Origin: a virus
Taxonomy: Duplodnaviria > Caudoviricetes
Direction: 5' to 3' (one strand)
IMG/VR virus record: IMGVR_UViG_3300037762_000184
Location: 19,653-83,652 of that record
Length of the DNA stretch: 64,000 nucleotides
The notes beneath the pieces were generated by a model that worked only from the letters and a program-made list of their open reading frames with translations, was not told where the DNA came from and searched no databases. A program made the translations under genes and the position numbers. Each line of letters begins with the position of its first letter. Position 1 is the first letter of the stretch. Shown here in pieces: positions 55,212 to 63,884 of the stretch.

Positions 55212-55282
55212 TGGGAGCAGGGGGCGGATTTGAACCGTCTCTACAAGGGTTATGAGCCCTCGCTGTCTCCAAGACTCCCTGC
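55212..55282 (-). tRNA. degenerate tRNA-Met/Ile2 (CAT)
   Basis: GAGGG-CTCATAA-CCCTT anticodon arm, TTCAAAT T-loop; 3-nt D-loop, stem mismatches. Confidence 0.6.
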
Positions 55283-55289
55283 GAAAGCG

Positions 55290-55298
55290 ATTCTACCA
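55290..55298 (-). promoter_or_regulatory. extended -10 TGgTAGAAT for the small-RNA cluster
   Basis: 7 nt upstream of the tRNA 5' end. Confidence 0.55.
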
Positions 55299-55516
55299 TG
55301 ACCAGAAAATCCGCCAACCTCCCGCCGAAGCTCGCGGCTGTGCTGGCCCGTCTCGCCACGCAGAATGGCGGCTCCTTGACCATCGCTCAGGCCGCCGTCC
55401 TGCCGTATCTGGTCGACGTGGTGGCGATGCGAGTGCTCGGCCGTCCTATCACCGGCGCGACGCACGTCTGCATCGCGGATGAAGAGTGGGAGAGCGTGAC
55501 GGGAGGTGCCAAGTGA
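55298..55516 (+). CDS. hypothetical protein
   Basis: ORF coupled to the next gene. Confidence 0.5.
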   Translation: MTRKSANLPPKLAAVLARLATQNGGSLTIAQAAVLPYLVDVVAMRVLGRPITGATHVCIADEEWESVTGGAK

Positions 55517-55704
55517 CCCGCCAGCCACCGATTCCGCAAGCCGCGCAGGACTACGCCGAGTGGCACAAAGCGGCTTACGGCTGGTCCCCGTTTGAGTCGC
55601 GGCCATGCGGACGATGCGGAGGGCCGGTAGCTCTAAACGAAATCTACCGCTGCTACGAGTGCCAGCTCGGTATGCAACCGCGATTGTTGCCGAGCGCACT
55701 GTGA
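55513..55704 (+). CDS. hypothetical protein (CxxC pair)
   Basis: GGAGG RBS, GTGA overlap. Confidence 0.5.
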   Translation: MTRQPPIPQAAQDYAEWHKAAYGWSPFESRPCGRCGGPVALNEIYRCYECQLGMQPRLLPSAL

Positions 55705-55868
55705 AGAGAGCCGCGAAGGAGCAGGCGCATGACCCCCGACAGCGCAGGGACGCGATGATGAGCGGCTTGGCGGGCGTAAATCAGGCGCGAACTGGTGTAG
55801 AATTCGGGGTGAAGCGGAGGTTGCGACTCCGCCACACCCCTGACCGCCGCCCCCACGAAGGAGGGACG

Positions 55869-56408
55869 ATGGCTGCAAGAACTCTACTCCAGCTCGCTCG
55901 CGCCGCCGAGCTCCGATTTTGGCCGAAGGTGGATATACGCGGCCCGGATGAGTGTTGGGAATGGACCGCCGCCACGGACGGGGACTGCTACGGAAAGATA
56001 GGAATCGGAAGGCGCCCCCCTAACACCTCCATAACGGAACGCTCGCACAGGCTGTCGTGGTGCCTCGACAACGGACGCAGTATCCCCGGCGGGATGTGCG
56101 TCCTCCACCGCTGCGACAACCCGCCGTGCGTCAACCCGCGCCATCTATTCCTCGGAACCAGCGCCGACAACATGGCCGACAGGGAGGCAAAGGGCAGGGG
56201 GCGGCGTCCATCGAGCCGTGGCGAAGCTAACCCGCAGGCGGTCCTGAGCCGCTACGCGGCGCGAATCGTGTGTCGCATGGCTACGTCTGGGAAGTGGGAG
56301 CAGGAGGTGATCGCTACCGCGTTCCGCATTTCGCAGCCGCTGGTTTCAAAGATCAAGCACGGTCTGCGCTGGGCGTCCGCCACGGCGGACATTCGGGGGG
56401 CGACTTGA
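55869..56408 (+). mobile_element. HNH homing endonuclease
   Basis: RFWPKVD...CWEW...YG...HRLSW...[21 protein letters not shown]. Confidence 0.9.
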
Positions 56409-57172
56409 GCCTCGCCGATCGCCGGCAGGCGGCCCCCGACGCCGCCAACGGCGCCCTCGTCGGCGCCCTTCAGCGCGGCCTTGCCGAGCGCAAGCTCTAC
56501 GACGGCCCGATCGACGAATGGGCATCCCCGGGAGGGCCGACGCAGCGCGCTCTCGAAGCGGCGCTCGGGTGGAGTCTGCCGGAGCCGGGCCATCCCGAGC
56601 TGCCCGGCTTCCGAGGCTCGCTCGCCCGCGTCCACGAGTGGGAAGCCCACGCCGGCAAGCCCTACTGGCCAACAGGCGATAGCGGGGTGACTCTCGACCC
56701 CGGCTTCGACCTCGGCCACCAGACCGAGGCCACGCTGCGTCGGCACTACCTCGACACCGGAATCCTGACCGAGGCGGAGATCAAGGTACTGGTGCCGCTG
56801 CTAGGAGTGCAGGGGAAGACGGCCAAGGGGGCGGCGAAGCTGCCGGATGTCGCCAAAATCAGAATCTCTCGCTCCGCAGCGACCAAGGCCATGCCGGCGA
56901 TCGCGGCCCCCTACTGGCGGGATATCGTCAAGCGGTTCCCCAAGCTGCTCGACGCCGACGTGCCGGACGCGGTCCACACCGTCTTCCTGTCGCTGTCCTA
57001 CAACCGCGGGCCGAACAACCGCGAGCTCGGGCCGCTCGCCGTACAGTTGGCGACGAAGGACTGGAGCACGCTGGCGGACACCATCGGCAAGATGCAGCAG
57101 GCCCACGCGACGCCTGGTATCCCGGTCAGGCGGCGGGAAGAGGCGGCGCTGATTCGGGAAGCTATCGCGTGA
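56405..57172 (+). CDS. endolysin (pesticin/T4-lysozyme-like muramidase)
   Basis: [21 protein letters not shown]; LSLSYNRG; RRREEAALI. Confidence 0.8.
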   Translation: MSLADRRQAAPDAANGALVGALQRGLAERKLYDGPIDEWASPGGPTQRALEAALGWSLPEPGHPELPGFRGSLARVHEWEAHAGKPYWPTGDSGVTLDPGFDLGHQTEATLRRHYLDTGILTEAEIKVLVPLLGVQGKTAKGAAKLPDVAKIRISRSAATKAMPAIAAPYWRDIVKRFPKLLDADVPDAVHTVFLSLSYNRGPNNRELGPLAVQLATKDWSTLADTIGKMQQAHATPGIPVRRREEAALIREAIA

Positions 57173-57413
57173 GGTTCCCTCGCACCTACTGGAGGTCCAG
57201 GGTGAACGGGGAGCATCGCCGAGCCCGCCTCTGGCGCGTCAGGCCGCGCGTCCACTGCCCTCGCTGGCACCGCCTCCAGAGCAGCGCCAACGTTTGGCGC
57301 CGGGCGACGCCGCCGGACCGCGAGGAGGCTTCGTGACCGCCCGCTTCCGCTGCTGGTCCTGCCAGCACGAGTGGGTTGATTCTAGGACTCACCCCTAACC
57401 GAAGGAGCACCAC

Positions 57414-57764
57414 ATGAAGCACAAGATCGGAATCATCCTCGCCCTCGCCGCTCTCTCCCTCACCACCGCCTCGTGCGGAACGCTCGGCGCCCTCGGCATC
57501 GGAGGCAGCAGCGACGGTCAGGACGTTGCCCGCGCCCTGGCGCTCGCCGCTGCGCTGCAATCAGGCGACACCTCGGCAGTTTGTAATCTCGTCGTCGGCG
57601 CCGGGAAGAAGGGCGCCGACGCAGAGCTGCTCCGTAGCCTGTGCGCCAACCTCGCGGGCGCAGGGCCGTCGTCTCAAGCGGCGCCGTCTTCGCTGTTTAG
57701 CATGAACGCCGACTCATGCGAGGACTTGTGCACGGTGGCGGCGAAGGTCTGCGGCGGCACCTAA
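57414..57764 (+). CDS. lipoprotein
   Basis: AAGGAG RBS; MKHKIGIILALAALSLTTASC lipobox. Confidence 0.75.
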   Translation: MKHKIGIILALAALSLTTASCGTLGALGIGGSSDGQDVARALALAAALQSGDTSAVCNLVVGAGKKGADAELLRSLCANLAGAGPSSQAAPSSLFSMNADSCEDLCTVAAKVCGGT

Positions 57765-57776
57765 CCGAGGCGGCGC

Positions 57777-58232
57777 TTAGAGGGACGCCAGTTCGCCGAG
57801 CGAGGCGAGGGGCCGGTAGGCGGTGCCGGGAGCTCCGGAGGCTCGGAACCGCCACCGCACCTCCGCCCGCTGCGTCGCCCGTCGCTTTCGCACCTGTCGC
57901 GCGGTCAGCGTCTTCCCGATCGCCCCGCGCACGTCCCGGTGATTCAGGCAGCGATAGCCGCCGAGTCGCCGGAGGGCGTCGCGCATAGCAAACTTCTCGG
58001 CCAGTCGAGCGTCAGCCGCGAGACCGTTGCACCGCCCGTGAGCGAGAACCAGGTTCCAGTCCGCCCAGCGGGGGCCGCCGGCCGCAATGGGAATCAGGTG
58101 TTCAACCGTACAGCGCCGTTCGCCGATGCGCGCGAACCCCTCGCCGCAGTACCAGCACCCCTCACCGTCGCGAGCCACAAGAGCCGCCACGACAGCGTCG
58201 CGAAAAGCGGAGTTGGCTTTGTCGAGGCGCAT
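57777..58232 (-). CDS. HNH endonuclease
   Basis: RDG..CWYCG...TVEHLIP.A.GG...NLVLAH.RCN. Confidence 0.85.
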   Translation of the reverse strand: MRLDKANSAFRDAVVAALVARDGEGCWYCGEGFARIGERRCTVEHLIPIAAGGPRWADWNLVLAHGRCNGLAADARLAEKFAMRDALRRLGGYRCLNHRDVRGAIGKTLTARQVRKRRATQRAEVRWRFRASGAPGTAYRPLASLGELASL

Positions 58233-58253
58233 CACGTTAGAGAGTAGGACCGC

Positions 58254-58333
58254 GGGGAGGGCGGGGCTGGGAAGCGCTGTCCCCCGGGCGCCAGCACCGC
58301 CCCGCCTTGCGGTGGGGGCCACCCGCCCTCCCC
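58254..58333 (-). ncRNA. three-way-junction RNA, copy 2
   Basis: Same closing stem and flanks as 55119-55194; GCAA loop; different but pairing second arm. Confidence 0.65.
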
Positions 58334-58412
58334 GAAGCCTCTAGCCGCTACCAGCGGGAAATGTCGTCGAACATGGCTCTCTCCTTTCGGGCAGCGGCGA
58401 GTGGCGCTGACC

Positions 58413-58688
58413 CTAGGGATTATACCCTCTGCGGACGCCCTGTGTCCATCTGGCAACGGCACCTTCGACGGTGCCCGAGATTGGCCCGGAGGCACCGCAA
58501 CGCCAGCACTCGACCCGCCAGGAACCGTCCACCTCCAGCGGTTTGGCGCGGTGAGTGGCCGTGCCGCCGCTCCGCCCGGCGCCGCAGTAGCGACAAGGAA
58601 CAATGGTGCTCCCGGGAGGAATCGAACCCCCGACCCTGCGGATAGGAACCGCTCGCTCTGTCCCCTGAGCTACGGGAGCGCTTTTCAT
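58413..58688 (-). CDS. Lar-like (restriction alleviation) Zn-ribbon protein overlapping tRNA-Arg
   Basis: PCRYCG...WRVECWRCGASGP...AVARW; ATGA-coupled start. Confidence 0.5.
   Translation of the reverse strand: MKSAPVAQGTERAVPIRRVGGSIPPGSTIVPCRYCGAGRSGGTATHRAKPLEVDGSWRVECWRCGASGPISGTVEGAVARWTQGVRRGYNP
58419..58448 (-). promoter_or_regulatory. promoter TGGACA-18-TATAAT
   Basis: Direct sequence. Confidence 0.55.
58604..58679 (-). tRNA. tRNA-Arg (CCT)
   Basis: Canonical 76-nt cloverleaf GCTCCCG...CGGGAGC-A-CCA; anticodon loop TTCCTAT. Confidence 0.9.
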
Positions 58689-58927
58689 TCTATCGCCTCC
58701 AGCTTTGGGCCGAAATACGCCCCCAGCGCCACCGTCAGGGGCCGAGACGTACTTCGCCTCGTCTCTCGGGGTGGCGCGAGCACAGCGGCTCTGTGGCGCC
58801 GCGGGTCAGGCACGATTCGGCCGTCCCTCAGCACCCTGTAGGGCCGGCGCTCGTCTAGGACGCCGGCGGGGCCGTCTGCGGTGGGCCAGCGACAGCTACT
58901 AACAGGAGCGAAGTCGGTGTCGGCCAT
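58685..58927 (-). CDS. hypothetical protein
   Basis: Start coupled to the HNH stop. Confidence 0.4.
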   Translation of the reverse strand: MADTDFAPVSSCRWPTADGPAGVLDERRPYRVLRDGRIVPDPRRHRAAVLAPPRETRRSTSRPLTVALGAYFGPKLEAIE

Positions 58928-59436
58928 CAGCTCGGCTCCCGGATGTCTGCCGTCACGGATGCCCAGAACTGACCGTGCTTGATCGCGGAGACATGCGGTC
59001 GGCATATGCGAAACCCGGCGGCAATCTCCCGCTGCTTCCACTTTCCCGACACAGCCATCCGGCAGATGATACGCGCCGCGTAGCTAGCGAGGGCCGCTCG
59101 CCCGTTCGCTTCGCCGCGGTTGGACCGCCCTTTGGCGGTCATGTCGGCGGCGTTGTCGGCGTTGGTGCCGAGGAAGAGGTGCGCGGGGTTGACGCAGGTC
59201 GGGTTGTCGCAGCGGTGGAGGACATACAGGCCATCAGGGATCGGGCCGTTCGCCAACGCCCACGCAACGCGATGAGCCCCGGACGTCCGGCCGGCAACCC
59301 ATAGCTTGCCGTAGCCTCCTTCTCGGTTCGTGGCGCCGAGCCAGGGCCAGCACTCATCCGGGCTGCGCTTGTCCACCTTCGGCCAGAAACGGTGCTCGGC
59401 GTCGCGAGCGAGTTGGGGTACAGTCTTGGCAGCCAT
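58927..59436 (-). mobile_element. HNH homing endonuclease (paralog of 55869-56408)
   Basis: [23 protein letters not shown]; AAGGAGG RBS. Confidence 0.9.
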
Positions 59437-59549
59437 CGCTTCCTCCTTGGGGATGCGTTGGTAGGGGTGGGGGCGGGCCACCAACCCGCCTTCGCCCCGA
59501 TTCTATCAGAACTTACGCTCATCTTTCGCCTCTGTCCCCTGGGCTCTCC

Positions 59550-59821
59550 TCAGAAGCGGTCATCGGTGTCGTCCTCCGTGGCTGGCGTGATGCAGCCCGG
59601 CTCCTTGACCCTCACCCGCATCAGCGCCTCTGCCGCCTGTTGCAGAGTCCTCAGTTCGGCAGCGTTCTCGGCGAACCGGCGGCGGAGACGGTCGAGCGCG
59701 ACACCAGCCGGCTGGTCGCCGCCGCAGGCGGCGTGGATCGACACGATCTCGCCCGTGTGCCGGTTCCACGTCACGGTCGTCTCTCTGTCGATGTCGAGGT
59801 GCCTGTTGTCACCTAGAGGCA
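59550..59821 (-). CDS. hypothetical protein
   Basis: ORF in the leftward operon; start uncertain. Confidence 0.45.
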
Positions 59822-60135
59822 TCGGCGTCCTCCGGGGCTGGGGAGGGCCAGAACTGGCGCTCGACGCGGAAGTCGATCCCAACCTTGCACACTTCGCAGC
59901 GGCCCCCATAGGTCACCTTCACCGTTCCGTCCTGCGCCCCGTAGATCTCGTAGTCCTCTCGGAATGTCTCCGAAGGCATATCTTTCGCGGCGTCGCGGGC
60001 GCGCTCCATGGCCGCTTCGTAGTCGGCGGCCGGAACCTTGCCGTACAACGCCGCAGCCTCGACCATGAGCGCCGCCGCCGCGTCTTCGGCCAGCTTCCGG
60101 CAGTTCGGGCACACCCTCCAGTTTGACGCGCTCAC
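59809..60135 (-). CDS. conserved phage hypothetical protein
   Basis: MSASNWRVCPNC...TFREDYEIY...Y.G.C..C. Confidence 0.7.
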   Translation of the reverse strand: MSASNWRVCPNCRKLAEDAAAALMVEAAALYGKVPAADYEAAMERARDAAKDMPSETFREDYEIYGAQDGTVKVTYGGRCEVCKVGIDFRVERQFWPSPAPEDADASR

Positions 60136-60498
60136 TTACGGCACCTCCTTTTCGGGGGAGGGTGGGGCAGGGAGGACATACACCGGGGGCTCTCCTTCTG
60201 GCAGCACGATCGGAATGCCACAGGCGCCGTAGGGAGCAAGCCAGCAGCGGGCGAACGAGCGCATGACGTAGTCGCCGCCCTTGTACCCGGAGAACGTCCG
60301 CCCGAGAGCGCCGCGAGCGGCAGCCAACATGCTGCCGACCGTCACGCCTGCGGCCGGCTCGAAGGCGAGGTCTTCGTAGTGGCCTCGATACGAGTGAGGA
60401 TTTCCGAACCCATCCTCGGCCACCATGTCGAGCGGTAGCGTCTCTAGATGGGCGATGATCTCGCCGAGGGTCGCGTTGCCTGCCTCGCCGAAGCTCAC
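60136..60498 (-). CDS. conserved phage hypothetical protein
   Basis: TLGEIIAHL...GFGNPHSYRGHYEDLAFEP...GYKGGDYVM. Confidence 0.7.
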   Translation of the reverse strand: MSFGEAGNATLGEIIAHLETLPLDMVAEDGFGNPHSYRGHYEDLAFEPAAGVTVGSMLAAARGALGRTFSGYKGGDYVMRSFARCWLAPYGACGIPIVLPEGEPPVYVLPAPPSPEKEVP

Positions 60499-62102
60499 CG
60501 CGGCACCTCCTCTTCCAGAATCTCCCTGATGCGCTCCATCAGGCGCTCGATCAGCGCCTCTCTGCTCGGTTCGGTCGGCGGCTCCACCCGGCAGTCCTCG
60601 CGAGAGGCGCATTCCGGGCAGGTACACGGCTCCATCAAATCGCAGGTCTTATCCCCGCAAGCGACCGGCGGCGGCGGGGGTGGAGGTGGCGGGGGAGGTG
60701 GCGGCTCCGGCGGGCAGAGCTTGATCAGCTCCGCGACAACCGTTTCGCTCTTGTCGGTGTCGGTCTCTTCCAGCGGCGTTGGGTCTCGCCCCTGGTAGCA
60801 GCGGACCAGCCGATTCGTGGCTGTGCCGTGGGGATTCCCCTTCTGATCCGTAGTGGTCCCGGTTCCAGCACACCGGAGCGGGCCGTAGCGCCTTTCGTAA
60901 AGGGTGAGAAACCGCGCCCGCTGCACAGGATCGAAGGGAAACGCCCCCGCAAACGGCCACCCTGTTTCGACCCATGGATCCGCTGACAGATCCATGATGT
61001 AGGACTCACCATTGCAGACTCCTCTGCAACAGTATGCGACCCAATGCCGCCCTCCCCGCGTCGGTGGCGGCCACGGCTTCGACGCTGCTGCCGCCAGGCT
61101 CTCGGAGAAGGCTGACGCTGGGCCGCCTGGTGGCACCGTCTCCAGCGAGGCCGGAGGGATCGACGGGTAGACGTCGCCCTCCAAGCGGAGGACGCGCTCC
61201 TCCAGCAACTCGATGCGATCGAGCAGCGTCTCGTTCTCCCCGGTGCTGGGGATGTCGGGACGGAATGGCGTGTCCTCCGCGCTCGCCGGGAGGGCGAGGA
61301 GGGCGAGGAGGAGGGCTCCCGCCACGGCCCGCAGTCGGGGCGACCAGCCTGCGCCGCCGTGCTGCTTCCGCCGTCGGAGCACGCTCGCGACCATCGCCGC
61401 GACCCCATCTTCGATTGTGTCCGCCGGGCAGGTGATGCCGAAGGTGGCGTCGTCGTCGCAGTCCCAGGAGTTCTCGCCCTTGCCGGGCGTCGGGATGCCC
61501 CGTTCGACGTTGATCTCACAACGCATCAGGTGGCGGGTGAACGGCCACCACGGCCAGCTCGCCCGACGCCACGTCGAAGAGAAGAGGCGGGCGGTGCCGT
61601 CGTACGTACCTTCGGGCATCGGAACCACCACGCCGCGCTCCTCGACCGTCTCCGTCGCGTAGTCCGCCTTGCCGAGCACGAAGCGGCGGTAGTCGAACAT
61701 TCCTTGCCGCCAGTCGCCCCGGTGCGACTCGCCGTCGTCGCGCCAGAGGCACCACGACAGGAACTCGTGGTTCACCGACAGCTCAAGGCGGCGGGGCAGC
61801 GCGTAGCTGAACGCCTTGCCGTTAGGGAAGACACCTCTGTGAAGCGGCATCCGAGACCTTACCCACCCCGGCATCGGCAGCGTCAGGTAGAAGGAGGCGG
61901 CGATGGGTGAAAAGCTGAAGGTGATCTCTCCTTCGCCGGGCTCGAACGCGGCCGCGACGCCGAGCGCCCACTTGAAAAGAGACCACTCGAAGCCCACGCT
62001 CTCCTCGCCAATGCGCAGCCAGCAGCGACCCCACCGCGGCCAACGGTGACGCTTCGTGCGCTCCCGCTCCTGCGTCAGGTTTTGCCATCTAAATCGTCTC
62101 AT
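60495..62102 (-). CDS. phage hypothetical domain fused to a signal-anchored Cys-rich domain
   Basis: Internal ALLLALLALPASA; C-terminal module shared with 53718-54539. Confidence 0.65.
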   Translation of the reverse strand: MRRFRWQNLTQERERTKRHRWPRWGRCWLRIGEESVGFEWSLFKWALGVAAAFEPGEGEITFSFSPIAASFYLTLPMPGWVRSRMPLHRGVFPNGKAFSYALPRRLELSVNHEFLSWCLWRDDGESHRGDWRQGMFDYRRFVLGKADYATETVEERGVVVPMPEGTYDGTARLFSSTWRRASWPWWPFTRHLMRCEINVERGIPTPGKGENSWDCDDDATFGITCPADTIEDGVAAMVASVLRRRKQHGGAGWSPRLRAVAGALLLALLALPASAEDTPFRPDIPSTGENETLLDRIELLEERVLRLEGDVYPSIPPASLETVPPGGPASAFSESLAAAASKPWPPPTRGGRHWVAYCCRGVCNGESYIMDLSADPWVETGWPFAGAFPFDPVQRARFLTLYERRYGPLRCAGTGTTTDQKGNPHGTATNRLVRCYQGRDPTPLEETDTDKSETVVAELIKLCPPEPPPPPPPPPPPPPVACGDKTCDLMEPCTCPECASREDCRVEPPTEPSREALIERLMERIREILEEEVPR

Positions 62103-62135
62103 CGTCGCCTCCTTCTGCCGCCCTCCGGCGGCGGG

Positions 62136-62345
62136 TCAGTCGTCACCTTCCATTGCTCGGTTGATCTCGCCGATGATGCGCGCCAGCTCCGGCGAGTCCT
62201 CCTCGGCGTAGTCGCGTGCGTCGTTGGACAGCCCATCCCAAGCGTCGAGCAGTGGTCCTATCAGTGGCATCACCGCCTCAGCCTGAGAGCGCCGGTGCGG
62301 TTCGTACAGCTCTCGCTCGGCAGCGGCGATTTCGTCTCGGGTCAT
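62136..62345 (-). CDS. hypothetical protein
   Basis: GAGGAGG RBS. Confidence 0.6.
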   Translation of the reverse strand: MTRDEIAAAERELYEPHRRSQAEAVMPLIGPLLDAWDGLSNDARDYAEEDSPELARIIGEINRAMEGDD

Positions 62346-62495
62346 CCTTCCTCCTCGGCGTCCGAGGACGCCAGCACCGGCTCGTGCTTTGTGTGGAACA
62401 GCCAGTAGTACATGGCCTCGGTCCAGGCGCGGTTCTCTTCGCCACCGATCCCGTCGTCTACGCAGCGGCGCGCTGCCGCTCGGCACTCGGCGCAG

Positions 62496-62696
62496 TCAGC
62501 CAACGCGGGTCTCCTCCGGGGGCGCCAGCAGCTCGCGACGGACTTTTTGACACGCTTCGCACTGACAACTGTTTAGCCGCTGCTTTCGTTCTTTGTAGTA
62601 GGCCCTCATCGCGGCCCGACAATCGGAGCAGCGGCAACGGCGATTCGTGTATCCGCTCATCGTTCCGTGGCGCATCGGTCCCGCTTTTCTACCCAT
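62496..62696 (-). CDS. HGT..Y...CRC repeat protein
   Basis: RHGTMSGYTNRRCRCSDC, same motif as 3997-4380. Confidence 0.6.
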   Translation of the reverse strand: MGRKAGPMRHGTMSGYTNRRCRCSDCRAAMRAYYKERKQRLNSCQCEACQKVRRELLAPPEETRVG

Positions 62697-63177
62697 CGCT
62701 CGGCTCCTTCGGGGGCGCCAGCAGCGAGCGGATGTACTCAGCCGCGATGCTTCCGACTTCGCCGATTTCTCCCTCTGCCTCGGGGCTCTCCAGCCACCGC
62801 GCTACGGCCTCGACGACCCGCCGATCCCGCTCGGCGATCTGCTCCTCGGCGGCGAGGCGCAGGAACTTGCTCGCCCGCTTATGAGAGATCCAGTTGGCGA
62901 GATCGGCGGCCGGCTCCAGCCCCAGCCGCTCTCCCTTCTCCGGGCGCCCCGGACCCGCCCAGCGCGCGACTTGATTCAGCGTCGGCCCGTGCGCCGCGCA
63001 GTCGTCGAAGTGGTCGAGCGCTCGGTCGCAGAACAGACGAGCGCCGCGCACCGCCCCCCTGTTGATCGGCGGCGAAGGGGCCTCGCAGGGGTCTTCGTCC
63101 TCCCTTGCTGGGGACAGGTAGCGGGGATCGGATGGGCCGATGCTTCCCTCTTTGAGATGCACCTCGAAGTCAGCCAT
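62689..63177 (-). CDS. hypothetical protein
   Basis: Coupled overlaps. Confidence 0.6.
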   Translation of the reverse strand: MADFEVHLKEGSIGPSDPRYLSPAREDEDPCEAPSPPINRGAVRGARLFCDRALDHFDDCAAHGPTLNQVARWAGPGRPEKGERLGLEPAADLANWISHKRASKFLRLAAEEQIAERDRRVVEAVARWLESPEAEGEIGEVGSIAAEYIRSLLAPPKEPSDG

Positions 63178-63436
63178 CGGTGGAGTCTCCTTGCGCTTCC
63201 CGCATCGCTTGGCGAATCAGCTTGATCCGCTGCCACGACTCTTGACTCGTTTCGGTGACCAAGTGCCGGTAGCTCTCCACTGCTGCCGCGGCGACCATCC
63301 GCACCGCTTCCGGGTCGCCGTAGCGAAGCGCCCACTCCAGCTCCGCGGTCGGTGCTGTCATCTGCGCGCCGCCGCCGACCTGAACGACCAGATACTCGTC
63401 TGAGAGCGTCCACGCTCCGGGCGTGCGGTCAGCCAT
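63170..63436 (-). CDS. hypothetical protein
   Basis: LEWALRYG...VAAAAVESYRHLV. Confidence 0.6.
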   Translation of the reverse strand: MADRTPGAWTLSDEYLVVQVGGGAQMTAPTAELEWALRYGDPEAVRMVAAAAVESYRHLVTETSQESWQRIKLIRQAMREAQGDSTDG

Positions 63437-63884
63437 CGGTGTCTCCCTGTAGCGCCCCGGTGCGGGCGCGGTAGGCGCGGAGGGCCACGTCGCTACGCTC
63501 GAAACTACCGATGATCCCGATGCCGTACTTGTTGGGCGCCTCCCATGTGAACTCGTCGTCGGCTGGGTCTTCGGGGCGGCCGGGGACGTGCCGCGTCCAT
63601 CCCTCCCGACCCCATGTCAGGAAGTACCCGGAGCCGTGCGGGCAGCCGTCACCGTCGGTCGCGAACGAATACTTGAGCCGCCCGTCTCGCGCCATCCGGC
63701 GGGTCTCCCGCTTCACCGAACCAACCGGCTCGCCAAGCTCGGCCGCCAGCTTGTCGAAGCTCTTCCAGCAGTTGCCGTCGCCGTCCGCCCACTGCCAGAC
63801 GTGGCGCAGGTGCCAGATGATCCGACGGCGCAGGCGCTCGCTCTTGGTCATGCGCTCAGACGGCATCGGGTACCTCCTCGACAC
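63429..63884 (-). CDS. hypothetical protein (possible winged helix)
   Basis: FDKLAAELGEPVGSVKRETRRMARDG. Confidence 0.6.
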   Translation of the reverse strand: MSRRYPMPSERMTKSERLRRRIIWHLRHVWQWADGDGNCWKSFDKLAAELGEPVGSVKRETRRMARDGRLKYSFATDGDGCPHGSGYFLTWGREGWTRHVPGRPEDPADDEFTWEAPNKYGIGIIGSFERSDVALRAYRARTGALQGDTDG

